The notes beneath the pieces are model-generated. The model saw only the letters and a program-made list of their open reading frames with translations, was not told the origin of the DNA and made no database searches. Positions 16,728-26,116 of a stretch of 64,000 bases of DNA are shown here, piece after piece. Position 1 is the first letter of the stretch. Each line of letters starts with the position of its first letter. The stretch is from a virus: positions 1-64,000 of the IMG/VR virus record IMGVR_UViG_3300035183_001040. The stretch is one strand, 5' to 3'. The translations under genes and the position numbers were made by a program.

Positions 16728-18016
16728 ATGCACAGAAATCTGAATCGTACTGCCTGGACCCGAGCTTCGAGCACGTTGTCGGAGTGCTCTGCTCGACCAG
16801 CCCGAAGTTCTACGGAGTCATCGGCTACGCCGTCGATCCTGAGGCGATTTCGCAGGAGGGCGTGCGCCTGCTCGTTCGCGCGGCCCAAGCAGTCGCGAAG
16901 GAGACAGGGCGCGGCCCTTCAGACCACAAGATCGTCGTGCAGAGGATCCGGCGCTGGGTCGAGGAGGGGAAGGTAACGCACAAGGCGCTCGACGAAGCCA
17001 TCGATGTGCTCTCGGAGACGAGCACCCCTTCGGACGAGGCGCAAGTCGTGAACGAGCTCAGGGCAGTCATCAAGCGCAGGATGGAGGCGCAGGCTGTGCG
17101 TGCAGCCATGGAGGAGTACAGCCGCCGAGGCGACTTCGACCAGGTGCTCAAACTTCTCCAGCGCGCCCGCTCCGTAGGCACGACGGACACGAGCGTCGGT
17201 TTGCGGCTCGGTCCTGGGAGCTTCGACGAGATTCGTCGCATGCGCCACCTCGACCGCATGCCGTTCGGCATCCCGGAGCTCGACATGGCGCTCTCGGGCG
17301 GACTCCCTCGGGGGTGTGCTGCGCTGTTCATGGCCAAGAGCGGCGGCGGAAAGAGCATGGCTCTTTCGCACGTCTCCGCGGACTTGATCAACAAGTCGCA
17401 CTTCGTTGCGTACGCAACGCTGGAACTCCCGCCCGTCGAAGTCATGGCCCGTGTGAAGGCAAACCTCACGGGCGTCCCGATCTCCAAAATCCTGCACGAG
17501 GACGAGCGCGAAGCGGAAGAACGCATCGAGGAACTCCTGCCAACCCTAGGCACGTTCGTGTGCAAAAGCTTCCCTGCAAAGATTACGACCGTGGCGCACA
17601 TCGAGGACTGGATCAAGGAGTTGGAGCAGGAAGAGGGCTACCCGTGCGACCTGGTAGTCATCGACTACATCGACAAGATGGCCTCGTCGAACAAGAACGA
17701 TCGCAGTCCGTACGAGATCCAAGGAACCGTCGCCGAAGAGTTCCGTCTCTTCGTCGAGCGCACAGGCAAGTGGGGCCTGTCGGCAAGCCAAGCCCGCAGA
17801 AGTGCTGGAAAGGAAAAGAACCGCCGGCTTGACCAAGACGACATGGCAGACAGCATCAACAAGGTTCGCGCGATCGACCTACTCGTCACCATCAACCCCG
17901 ATTCGAGCGGTGAACAGTACGAGTACTACGTTGCGAAGTTCCGCTTCGGGCGCGGCGAGTTTTCCGTCGGCCCGTTCCCGCATGACCTGCCCTTAGGGCG
18001 CTTAGTCGTCCGGTGA
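16724..18016 (+). CDS. DnaB/gp41-like replicative helicase
   Basis: Walker A AKSGGGKS, YATLE, VVIDYID, SASQARR, ADS, KFRFG. Confidence 0.9.
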   Translation: MNAQKSESYCLDPSFEHVVGVLCSTSPKFYGVIGYAVDPEAISQEGVRLLVRAAQAVAKETGRGPSDHKIVVQRIRRWVEEGKVTHKALDEAIDVLSETSTPSDEAQVVNELRAVIKRRMEAQAVRAAMEEYSRRGDFDQVLKLLQRARSVGTTDTSVGLRLGPGSFDEIRRMRHLDRMPFGIPELDMALSGGLPRGCAALFMAKSGGGKSMALSHVSADLINKSHFVAYATLELPPVEVMARVKANLTGVPISKILHEDEREAEERIEELLPTLGTFVCKSFPAKITTVAHIEDWIKELEQEEGYPCDLVVIDYIDKMASSNKNDRSPYEIQGTVAEEFRLFVERTGKWGLSASQARRSAGKEKNRRLDQDDMADSINKVRAIDLLVTINPDSSGEQYEYYVAKFRFGRGEFSVGPFPHDLPLGRLVVR

Positions 18017-18026
18017 AGGTGCCTAC

Positions 18027-18719
18027 ATGCCTGCGAAACTCCACCAAATCCAGCAGCTTGTCGCGAACTACTACGGGGTGAGCGTCGGCGACGTCCTTTC
18101 GTCGTCCAGGTCGAGGTCGGTAGTGCACGCGCGCCATGTAGCGATGTGGTTTTGCCGAACGCACACGAAGGCTTCGCTGAACGAAATCGGACGCGCGTTC
18201 GGTCGAGACCACGCAACCGTCATGACGGCTGTTCGTTGCATCGCGCGCGCTCTCGAAACGGACGGGGCGCTGAAGGGCGAAATCTCAGAGATCACACGCG
18301 CGATCGAAAAGTCTCAAGAGGATCGCACAAGGCATAGGGGGATGACCAGCTACGCGCTTCAGATCAACGAAAAGCATGCGGAGATTATCGCCGACGCGCT
18401 CGACCTCTACGTTCGCATCGGGCTCGGGCAGTTCGAGGAAATCGTGCGCGTCTACGACCGCAAGTACGCGCTCTCGCCCGAGGTGAAGCAGCGCATGGTC
18501 GAGAAGATTCAAGCCGCTAAGGTTCTCGCCGGGCATACACCACACGGGAGCTACGGGCTCTTGAACCCGGAGGTGAGCGACTGGTTTCGTGTCGCGTACG
18601 ACATCCTCCAGGTCGTTCGGGACCGGAACGTCTCTTCTCCGGCGGTTGCCGTCGACGAAGGCATCCGAGTGGCAGAAGGCGAGCCTCTGCCGACCATCGC
18701 ACCATCGGAGCAGTTTTGA
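18027..18719 (+). CDS. DnaA domain-IV (DNA-binding) protein fused to an unknown domain
   Basis: IQQLVANYYGV...SRSRSVVHARHVAMWFCR...SLNEIGRAFGRDHATVMTA. Confidence 0.85.
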   Translation: MPAKLHQIQQLVANYYGVSVGDVLSSSRSRSVVHARHVAMWFCRTHTKASLNEIGRAFGRDHATVMTAVRCIARALETDGALKGEISEITRAIEKSQEDRTRHRGMTSYALQINEKHAEIIADALDLYVRIGLGQFEEIVRVYDRKYALSPEVKQRMVEKIQAAKVLAGHTPHGSYGLLNPEVSDWFRVAYDILQVVRDRNVSSPAVAVDEGIRVAEGEPLPTIAPSEQF

Positions 18720-18722
18720 CCC

Positions 18723-19628
18723 ATGCGGGGCGCTGACGCAGAACGCATCTTCCGAGCTTTACCGCGCGCACACAGGGCTGGCGCGTGGTGGCGCATCGCA
18801 TGCCCGCTTTGCGAAGACGAGGGCCACACCGACCGAAAGCTGAGCATGGGCGTGCACTCGGAGACAGGTCACGTGCACTGCTTCAGGTGCGGCTTCCGCG
18901 GGAGGCTGGAAGGCGAGGACTTCCAATCGCCGACACCCGAGAGCAGCAACGAAGGTAACGCCGTCTCGGCCATTCCTCCGCCAGAGGGCTTCGTGCCGCT
19001 CGGTGAGGAGCCGGGCTCAGGCGCGCTCACGTTCCAGGAAGCCCGCGACTACCTTCTCGTCCGGCGCAAAGTCCCGCTCCCTTCCGTACGAAGGATGCGC
19101 GTTGGTGCGTGCGCTGAAGGCTGGTACGCGGGACGCATCGTCGTTCCCGTTCTCGACGACGACGGAGAAACGTGGCTCGGCTACGTGGCGCGGCTTTGGG
19201 CCGACCCGCCCAGGAGCGCCGAAGGCGCCGCCGCGCTCAAGTACCTGTACCCGAAAGGGATGCGGCGCGGGCAAATCCTGTACAACCGCCGCGTTCTCGA
19301 CACCGAAACCGACGTGCCCGTCCTCGTCGTCGAGGGCGTGTTCGACGCGCTCGCCTTCCCCGACGATGCCGTTGCTCTGCTCGGCACCTGCTCGGAGGCG
19401 CAAACCGAACTGCTCAAGGCCGCAAAGCGCCCCATCGCTATCGTGCTCGACGGCGACGCGTGGGAGAAAGGGCACATGCTCGCCGCGCGACTTCAGTTCG
19501 ATGGGCTGCGCGCAGGATGTGTGCGTCTCCCTCCCGGAGCGGACCCTGACGAAGTTCCGCGCGAGGCCTTGATCGACGCAACCCGTAGGAGCATAGGCAA
19601 GTTTGACCCAGTACCCTTGCATACCTGA
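18723..19628 (+). CDS. DNA primase (Zn finger + TOPRIM)
   Basis: CPLC...HCFRC, RIVVP, VVEGVFDA, LDGDA, DPD. Confidence 0.9.
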   Translation: MRGADAERIFRALPRAHRAGAWWRIACPLCEDEGHTDRKLSMGVHSETGHVHCFRCGFRGRLEGEDFQSPTPESSNEGNAVSAIPPPEGFVPLGEEPGSGALTFQEARDYLLVRRKVPLPSVRRMRVGACAEGWYAGRIVVPVLDDDGETWLGYVARLWADPPRSAEGAAALKYLYPKGMRRGQILYNRRVLDTETDVPVLVVEGVFDALAFPDDAVALLGTCSEAQTELLKAAKRPIAIVLDGDAWEKGHMLAARLQFDGLRAGCVRLPPGADPDEVPREALIDATRRSIGKFDPVPLHT

Positions 19629-19646
19629 GAGAGGAAGGAGTTGTTC

Positions 19647-19850
19647 ATGAGCTACAAGCGACGAAAGACTGCGCTCAACTTCTTCGAGTGCCGGAAGCTA
19701 TCGACCATCGTACGCGAGCATACGTCGAAGGCGCTCACCGAGAAATTCGGCATCGCGCGCGAAACGATCCACCGTGCGCTCGCCGGAGAACCCATCCACG
19801 TCGGGACGCGCGCGGTGATTGAGAAAATCTTCGAGGAGTACGAGACGTGA
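19647..19850 (+). CDS. Small HTH protein
   Basis: ALTEKFGIARETIHRALAG; AGGAG RBS. Confidence 0.6.
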   Translation: MSYKRRKTALNFFECRKLSTIVREHTSKALTEKFGIARETIHRALAGEPIHVGTRAVIEKIFEEYET

Positions 19851-19992
19851 CCAACTACACGCGAGGTCTTGGCCTAGCCACCGTACGCCTTCGCTGGTCT
19901 GCTAGTATGCACGGGACTTCTTTGATCCCGACGAGATCTCGCGTCCACAACCCGACGCGCTCCAGTTCGCGTGCTGGCCGGATGTGTGCGGA

Positions 19993-20505
19993 ATGATATG
20001 GCATCTCTCCTATCGCGCCGATCCGCGCGTCAGGGAGCTTGCAGATCGGCATTACAGTCGGCGGACGGTCGGCGCACCTCAATTCGTTCCGCCCGGCCGA
20101 TGTCTCGTCCTCTTCGTGCCAGGTGCGTTCTGGGTTACGTCATGGCAAGAATATACCAGGCACAATTGGAATGGTGCGTGGATGTGCAGCGCATTTCGGC
20201 GCGAGTACGGTGACATGATCGCGTCACGCATGATTGTGGATGCGCTCGCCGCGACCCGTTGGCGTTGGCCTGACGTGCCAGAAATCGCGTGTTCATGCGG
20301 GTGCCGGGTGGCGATGGTCACCTTCGTGGACGGCTCGAAGGTGAAGCGCAAGCGTGACCTCGGCCGATGTTTTCGGCGGGCAGGCTTCGTCGAGTGCACA
20401 CAGCACACGAAGAAATCAGGGCTGACCGTACTGCACATCGATCCGCGTGATCTGCCTGCGGCAGAACCTCCTATCGGAGCTCAGCGCATACTCCTTGGCT
20501 TGTAA
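19993..20505 (+). CDS. Conserved phage protein, possible Mom-like/GNAT DNA-modifying enzyme
   Basis: ADRHYSR, FRRE, MVTFVD, GRCFRRAGF resemble the Mom/GNAT layout; function inferred. Confidence 0.4.
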   Translation: MIWHLSYRADPRVRELADRHYSRRTVGAPQFVPPGRCLVLFVPGAFWVTSWQEYTRHNWNGAWMCSAFRREYGDMIASRMIVDALAATRWRWPDVPEIACSCGCRVAMVTFVDGSKVKRKRDLGRCFRRAGFVECTQHTKKSGLTVLHIDPRDLPAAEPPIGAQRILLGL

Positions 20506-20506
20506 C

Positions 20507-20995
20507 ATGCACGATACCGTGCCAACTTCGCTCGCCATGGATCTCGCAACCTGGATTCTCCACGCATCGCTGCTCGTAACCGACGCGCACGGCCATCACC
20601 CCATGCGGCCGATCGCCGCTGAGGGCGCGCAGGCCATCGCCCGCGCGTGCGAGCGGCAACCGGACGAGCAGGCGCAGCGCAAGTGCGCGGCGGTCTACCT
20701 CGTGATGGCCTTCCGCGAGTCAGGCTACCGGCTCGATGCCGTCGGCGACGGCGGGCGCGCCCGCGGGCCCTTCCAGGTCCACACCAAGCGCGCGCCGCGC
20801 ACCTGGTCCGAGGCGGTCGAGCAGTACACGCCCATCCTCGTGCGCTCTGCTACCTCGTGCGCCGAGCCCCTGGAGATGCTCGCCACCGGGCGGTGCGGCA
20901 CCTCGGTGGGTAGGCGCATCTCGCGCGAGCGGATGGCAGAGGCGGAGCGGATCGCGAACGCTGAACAGGAGTCAACATCGATCGAGAACCACTGA
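20507..20995 (+). CDS. Lysozyme-like/lytic transglycosylase fold protein
   Basis: MAFRESGYRLDAVGDGGRARGPFQV (ES catalytic motif and GxxQ); hydrophobic N-terminus. Confidence 0.65.
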   Translation: MHDTVPTSLAMDLATWILHASLLVTDAHGHHPMRPIAAEGAQAIARACERQPDEQAQRKCAAVYLVMAFRESGYRLDAVGDGGRARGPFQVHTKRAPRTWSEAVEQYTPILVRSATSCAEPLEMLATGRCGTSVGRRISRERMAEAERIANAEQESTSIENH

Positions 20996-21092
20996 CGACG
21001 CGAGCGCGACGAGACACAGCGTGGTGCTCGAAAATCGCATGCGCGCCCGTGGCTGACGGGCGGCGGCTTACTGTGCTACTGTCCTTTGCAGC

Positions 21093-21653
21093 ATGACTGA
21101 CAAGATTGCCGAAGCGTGGAGGACCATCCTTACAGAACTCGGGTATTCAGCGTCCGACGTGCACCTTGCAGAGTCTCCAGATCGCGTTGCCCGCTACATG
21201 CGGCAGTGGCACACGGCCGCGGCTCCAGCGCCGGAGCTTACGGTCTTTGACAACACCAACCCGCGCTACGACGAGTTGATCACGACGGAGCAGATTTGGT
21301 TCTACTCGCAGTGCGCACACCACGGGCTTCCGTTCTTCGGCACGGTCGCTGTCGGGTACATCCCCGGAGATCACATCCTAGGGCTGTCGAAGTTCGCACG
21401 GGTTGTCGACTACTTCGCGCACAGGTTCCAGGTGCAGGAGCGCATGACACACCAGATCGCAGAATTTCTCGACGAACGCCTAAGACCCAAGGGGTTAGGC
21501 GTGATCGTTCGAGCAGAGCACCTGTGCATGAGTTCCCGCGGGGTTCAGCGTCCCGGGCACAGGACTACGACGAGCGCACTGCGAGGTGTGTTCAGGGACA
21601 ACCCGGCAGCTCGTTCTGAATGGCTGGAATTCGCGAACGGAGGAAAACGGTGA
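21093..21653 (+). CDS. folE: GTP cyclohydrolase I
   Basis: SPDRVAR, SQCAHHGLPFFG, GLSKFAR, QVQERMT, AEHLCMSSRGV. Confidence 0.96.
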   Translation: MTDKIAEAWRTILTELGYSASDVHLAESPDRVARYMRQWHTAAAPAPELTVFDNTNPRYDELITTEQIWFYSQCAHHGLPFFGTVAVGYIPGDHILGLSKFARVVDYFAHRFQVQERMTHQIAEFLDERLRPKGLGVIVRAEHLCMSSRGVQRPGHRTTTSALRGVFRDNPAARSEWLEFANGGKR

Positions 21654-22009
21654 GTTCAGGCACGCTTGTGTGGGCAACGGAGCAGGTTGTCGGTTATCAC
21701 TGCTGGCCTGAGGCGCCGAAGGAGGACCGCATCGAGTACCTGCGTTCGCCTCATCGCCATGTGTTCAAAATCACGGTCTTTGTTGGCGTGACGAACGACG
21801 ATCGCCAGGTTGAGTTCCACGTACTCAAGCGCGCCATTCGGTCTCGCGGGCTTGCGCAGTTCGCAACCAACGAATTTGGTGAGTACGACTTTGGCTACTC
21901 CTCGTGCGAGGCGATCGCTCGGACCATCATGGACAACGTTGGCTTCGACGGAGTTCGCGCAGTAGAAGTCTCTGAAGACGGGGAAACCGGAGCAAGGGTG
22001 TTCAAATGA
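21650..22009 (+). CDS. QueD-like T-fold protein with LxxxHRHxF motif (DpdL-like, putative CDG decarboxylase)
   Basis: GYHCWP, YLRSPHRHVF, RQVEF, SCEAIA, VEVSEDGE. Confidence 0.7.
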   Translation: MSSGTLVWATEQVVGYHCWPEAPKEDRIEYLRSPHRHVFKITVFVGVTNDDRQVEFHVLKRAIRSRGLAQFATNEFGEYDFGYSSCEAIARTIMDNVGFDGVRAVEVSEDGETGARVFK

Positions 22010-23058
22010 GAATTTTCATCGTTCCTATCGAACCTCTGGACGAGCGCTACAGCGAACAGTGGTACAGGTGGTGGCCGGAGGGGCTGGCTCGCCTTGGGCA
22101 TAACGTGTCCGTTGTAGACCCACCGAAAATTTTCGACGCGGGAAAGAAAATCAAACACGGACAGTTTCTCGACGTTTACGACACGAACATTTACAAGGCT
22201 GGGCAGGCAGCGACGCTGGCGCAACTATTTCGAGACGGCGTGATCTGCGACGGGGACTGTGTTCTGTTCCTCGATGCGTGGAATCCTGCCGTCGATCAAG
22301 CAGCGTACATGCGAGACGCGGGCGATCGAAAGGTCGTCCTCGCAGGATGCTGGCACGCGGGCACTTACGACCCTCACGACTTTCTTACGCAGAAGGGCAT
22401 GTCGCCGTGGGCAGCATACTCCGAGATGGCTTGGGGGCGCGCACTCGATCTAAATTTCTTTGCCACCGAGTTTCACGCTCGACTGTTTCAGGATACAAGA
22501 ACCCCCGATCCAGCTACAGTGCACGTGACTGGATTCCCGCTGCTGGCACAGGAATGGCAGCAGTACTCGATGCCGTGGTCCGAGCGTCCGATGATCGTTG
22601 TCTTTCCTCACCGGCTCGCGCCAGAAAAGGGCCTCGAAGACTTCAGGCAAATCGTGGAGCTGTACGAGAAGAGATACGCAACCGAACCCGAAACCAAAAC
22701 GATACGCTGGGTCAGAACTCGGGATGAGTACAGGCCGAAACAGGTTTACTGCGAGCTTCTCGGGTCGGCGCGGGTGGCTGTGAGCACAGCACGCCAAGAA
22801 ACTTGGGGTATAGCGATGCTGGAGGCTGCATCGTTGGGGTGTCACATTTGTGCCCCCGATCGCTTGTCGTATCCGGAGATCTACGAAGCTAAAGAGCTGT
22901 ATCGATCAGTGGACGAGGCGGTCGAGATCATCCACGCAGCGCTGCACGCGTCGGAGCCGCGGCCGTGGGATGGTGCACGCTGGGAGAACGCTATTGGGAA
23001 GGCTGCTGCGCTCATCCAGAAAAAGTGCGAGGAGATAAGAGCACAACGCAGTGTGTAA
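22006..23058 (+). CDS. GT-B fold (GT4-like) glycosyltransferase
   Basis: FPHRLAPEKG, QETWGIAMLEA (ExxxxxxxE), PDRLSYPE. Confidence 0.85.
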   Translation: MRIFIVPIEPLDERYSEQWYRWWPEGLARLGHNVSVVDPPKIFDAGKKIKHGQFLDVYDTNIYKAGQAATLAQLFRDGVICDGDCVLFLDAWNPAVDQAAYMRDAGDRKVVLAGCWHAGTYDPHDFLTQKGMSPWAAYSEMAWGRALDLNFFATEFHARLFQDTRTPDPATVHVTGFPLLAQEWQQYSMPWSERPMIVVFPHRLAPEKGLEDFRQIVELYEKRYATEPETKTIRWVRTRDEYRPKQVYCELLGSARVAVSTARQETWGIAMLEAASLGCHICAPDRLSYPEIYEAKELYRSVDEAVEIIHAALHASEPRPWDGARWENAIGKAAALIQKKCEEIRAQRSV

Positions 23059-23104
23059 TCATCGGAGTTGATCGGCGGCGGCGTCGTCGCTGTTCGAGGT
23101 ACGA

Positions 23105-24025
23105 ATGAGGATAGCACTTGCTGGGGTTGAGAGTTCTCACGAACACTTGTGGGCAGCTTGTTTATCACGTGCGCGCTCTGTACTCACATCTTTCTTCTAC
23201 GCAGATACGATCGAACACTCGAACAGATTTAACCTGTGGAAATCGACGCTTCATCAAGCAACGTTTCGTCTTGTAGACTCGGGTGCATACACGTTCCGCA
23301 CCACCGCCTTGTGGGGCAACAAGGAAACCGCTGCAGGCATAGACGTCGACGCTTACCTCGACCGCTACATCAAGTGGATCTTGCGCATGCGGTCTTTGAA
23401 ACTGGTCGATTACTGGGTGGAGATGGACATTGGTGTGGCAGTTGGGGCAGAGTGGGTAACTCAGCACCGCAAGCGCTTCTTTGATGCGGGGCTCGGTTAC
23501 GGGCTTATCCGAGTTTGGCACTCTTTGGAAAGCGACTGGCAAGGGTGGCTGGACCTGATCGCCGAAGCGAAACAGCCGAATCGTTCCAGATTCGTAGCGA
23601 TCGAGGGAAGAAGCAAGTACTACGCACCGATTGACTACACCAAGTTTATCCGCGCAGCATACGACCAAGGAGTCCGAGTACACGGATTCAGAATGACAAG
23701 TTTCAAAGACTTGAAAAGGTACCCATTCTACTCCGTTGACTCGACAACTTGGACCACGGCGGTGCGTTTCGGTGTCACCCACTCTGTTCGAAACGGGTGG
23801 CTGGAATCAAGCTTGAACGGGGACCGGGTGTGGCGCGGTAGACTGATCCCACGGCGAACGTCGACGTACCGCACGCGCCTAGACCTGGTGAAGACGACTG
23901 CAGCGCAGTGGGTCAAAGCAGAAAAGCAAATCACAGAGCTATGGGAAAAGCGCGGCATAAACTGGGACAAACAACTGGAAAAGGTGCTGCATGAAGAAGG
24001 GAAAGCAACAACAGCAACCGTATAA
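23105..24025 (+). CDS. DpdA/TGT-like DNA base-exchange transglycosylase
   Basis: VDSGAYTF, EMDI, IRVWH, VHGF, FYSVDSTTW; lies within the que cluster. Confidence 0.75.
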   Translation: MRIALAGVESSHEHLWAACLSRARSVLTSFFYADTIEHSNRFNLWKSTLHQATFRLVDSGAYTFRTTALWGNKETAAGIDVDAYLDRYIKWILRMRSLKLVDYWVEMDIGVAVGAEWVTQHRKRFFDAGLGYGLIRVWHSLESDWQGWLDLIAEAKQPNRSRFVAIEGRSKYYAPIDYTKFIRAAYDQGVRVHGFRMTSFKDLKRYPFYSVDSTTWTTAVRFGVTHSVRNGWLESSLNGDRVWRGRLIPRRTSTYRTRLDLVKTTAAQWVKAEKQITELWEKRGINWDKQLEKVLHEEGKATTATV

Positions 24026-24755
24026 ACGCTTCGATGTGGGCGGCCTGCCGATGATCGTTCTTCCGATCGACCTCCCCGAAGACAACCCTGAGAACCCGAA
24101 CGAGATGTCCCCAGAGTTCTTCGAGAAGGAGAAGGAATCGATCAAGACCTACGGCATGATCGACCCGCCTGCTGTTCGAGAGCTGCCAGATGGGAGGTTC
24201 ATGATCGTCGATGGTCACCACAGACGCCGCGCCGCAAAAGAGCTCGGGCATGAGACGATCACCTGCGTTGACCTCAGTCGGATGAGCGACCATGACGCGC
24301 GCAAGTTCATGCTCATCGCGAACGAGCTTCGGGGACGCGCCGAGCCTGTGAAGCTCGCGGAGGTAGTGGCGACGCTTACCGCAGCCGAACCAATCGAGAA
24401 CCTCATCAGCACGCTGCCGTTCTCAGCGCAAGAGATCGAAAGCATGGTCAAAAGCATCGAGCCGTTCGACTGGTCCCCGGTAGGCATCGAAGAACCTGCC
24501 CGAGGCGGTGGTAGCGAAGGTAACGGCGGCTACGAGCAGGACAGAGTGTTCAGGCTCGGTTCGATCCACGCCCACATCCCCGTCAGGCTCCACGACGACC
24601 TCATGATCGAGTGGAGAAAAAGCGTCGAAGCTGTCAGCACACGCAACGCGGAGATCGTGCTTCGAGACATCCTGAAACGACTCCGGGCGTGCCCGCCTGA
24701 ACGGAAAGAGGAGGAACCGCACGATGATCACGATCACGAGAACGCTGGAAATTGA
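23991..24755 (+). CDS. ParB/Srx N-terminal domain protein
   Basis: NPENPNEM, YGMIDP, IVDGHHRRRAA, NELRG. Confidence 0.85.
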   Translation: MKKGKQQQQPYKRFDVGGLPMIVLPIDLPEDNPENPNEMSPEFFEKEKESIKTYGMIDPPAVRELPDGRFMIVDGHHRRRAAKELGHETITCVDLSRMSDHDARKFMLIANELRGRAEPVKLAEVVATLTAAEPIENLISTLPFSAQEIESMVKSIEPFDWSPVGIEEPARGGGSEGNGGYEQDRVFRLGSIHAHIPVRLHDDLMIEWRKSVEAVSTRNAEIVLRDILKRLRACPPERKEEEPHDDHDHENAGN

Positions 24756-25149
24756 CGCCGGCCACCGGCTTCTCAGGCACGAAGGGAAGTGCAAACACCC
24801 GCACGGGCACCGGTACAGATTCGACGTGACGCTCGGGTCGAACGGAGGCCTGGACGAGGTCGGGCGGGTCCTGGACTTCGGAAGAGTCAAGGACCTCGTC
24901 GGTAGGTGGCTGGATGACAACTGGGACCATGGGTTCATTCTTGAGCGGGGCGACCCGCTCGCAGCCTTCCTCGCGAGCTCCCAGTCCAAGCTCTACCTGC
25001 TCGACGCGCCCCCATCGGCCGAGGTTCTGGCCGCGCACCTTGCGGCACAGGTAAAGCGCACGCTCGCAGAGGAAAAGTCGCCGTTGTTCCTTGTTCGGGT
25101 CGTATGCTTCGAGACGCCGAACTGCTTTGCTACGTGGGAGGTCGGGTGA
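24724..25149 (+). CDS. queD: 6-carboxytetrahydropterin synthase
   Basis: DAGHRL, CKHPHGHRY, LDFG, WDHG, PSAEVLA, FETP. Confidence 0.93.
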   Translation: MITITRTLEIDAGHRLLRHEGKCKHPHGHRYRFDVTLGSNGGLDEVGRVLDFGRVKDLVGRWLDDNWDHGFILERGDPLAAFLASSQSKLYLLDAPPSAEVLAAHLAAQVKRTLAEEKSPLFLVRVVCFETPNCFATWEVG

Positions 25150-25907
25150 TGCCTGCAGGCGGAACGTACAGCGTCAAGGAGATTTTCCTCACGGTACAAG
25201 GCGAAGGAGCGCGGGCAGGGTCGAAGGCCGTGTTTCTTCGGTTTACGGGCTGCAACGTTTGGACCGGGAGACCTCAGGACCGAAGCAAAGGAAAAGGCGC
25301 GTGCGCGGCTTGGTGCGACTCGGACTTCTTCAAGGGCAAGAACATGACGACGCGCCAGATTGTCGAGCGGCTGGATGAGCTCTGGCCCGACGACGGGAAG
25401 CATCAGCGGTGGGTCGTTTTGACAGGCGGCGAACCCGCGCTCCAGTGGGACATGACGCTCAGGTATGCGCTCGAGGATGCTGACTGGTTCGTGGCGATGG
25501 AAACCAACGGCACCGTACTCCTTCAGGCGCCCGTCGACTGGCTCACGGTCAGTCCGAAGCTCGGCACGAAGCTCGTCGTCACCCGAGGCGACGAGTTGAA
25601 GGTCGTCTTGCCGGGAGTAGCACCCGGGACCACGGAGCAAGGGTGGACGGCGGAGCAAGGGTGGACGGACGAACAGTTGGAGCAGCTCGCGGGGGTCAAG
25701 CGATTCGAGCACAAGTTCGTGCAGCCTCAGGATGTTGTCCGCCCTGAGGCGACTGGAGAAACCCTGCTCAGCCGGAACCTGACGCACCCTATGCACACGG
25801 CAGAAGCGTTGTTCAGAACGAGCGTGAAACGCTGCCTAGACTTCATCAACACGCATCCTGATTGGCGACTGAGCTACCAGGTCCACAAGGCAATCGGAGT
25901 CCCGTGA
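25149..25907 (+). CDS. queE: 7-carboxy-7-deazaguanine synthase (radical SAM, extended Cys motif)
   Basis: EIFLTVQGEG, GCNVW...CAAWCDSDF, LTGGEP, ETNGT, VSPK, WRLSYQVHK. Confidence 0.95.
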   Translation: MPAGGTYSVKEIFLTVQGEGARAGSKAVFLRFTGCNVWTGRPQDRSKGKGACAAWCDSDFFKGKNMTTRQIVERLDELWPDDGKHQRWVVLTGGEPALQWDMTLRYALEDADWFVAMETNGTVLLQAPVDWLTVSPKLGTKLVVTRGDELKVVLPGVAPGTTEQGWTAEQGWTDEQLEQLAGVKRFEHKFVQPQDVVRPEATGETLLSRNLTHPMHTAEALFRTSVKRCLDFINTHPDWRLSYQVHKAIGVP

Positions 25908-26116
25908 TGCATCGCCGTTACCAGACCATGCTCGAAGAGGAGGCGAGCACCCTTCGGAGGCGAGTCGAAGGTGTCCTCGGATGGGCAGAGGGGGATGCAG
26001 ATCGCTTCGACCTCCCGATGCTCAGAGAGATGGTGCGCGAGAAATCACCAAAGCTGCATCACCTTCTTGGCCAAACAATTCGCGAGATGCGGCTCAGAGC
26101 GCTTGGGCGCCGCTGA
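25907..26116 (+). CDS. Small hypothetical protein
   Basis: TGATG coupling to queE. Confidence 0.55.
   Translation: MHRRYQTMLEEEASTLRRRVEGVLGWAEGDADRFDLPMLREMVREKSPKLHHLLGQTIREMRLRALGRR

Noticed and set aside
20508-20524. TGGCACGGTATCGTGCA (minus) as a third sigma54 promoter
   Set aside because: GG-to-GC spacing is 11 nt, not the required 10
25632-25668. 18-nt tandem duplication in queE (EQGWT twice)
   Set aside because: In-frame slippage duplication in a probable loop; no sign of separate function
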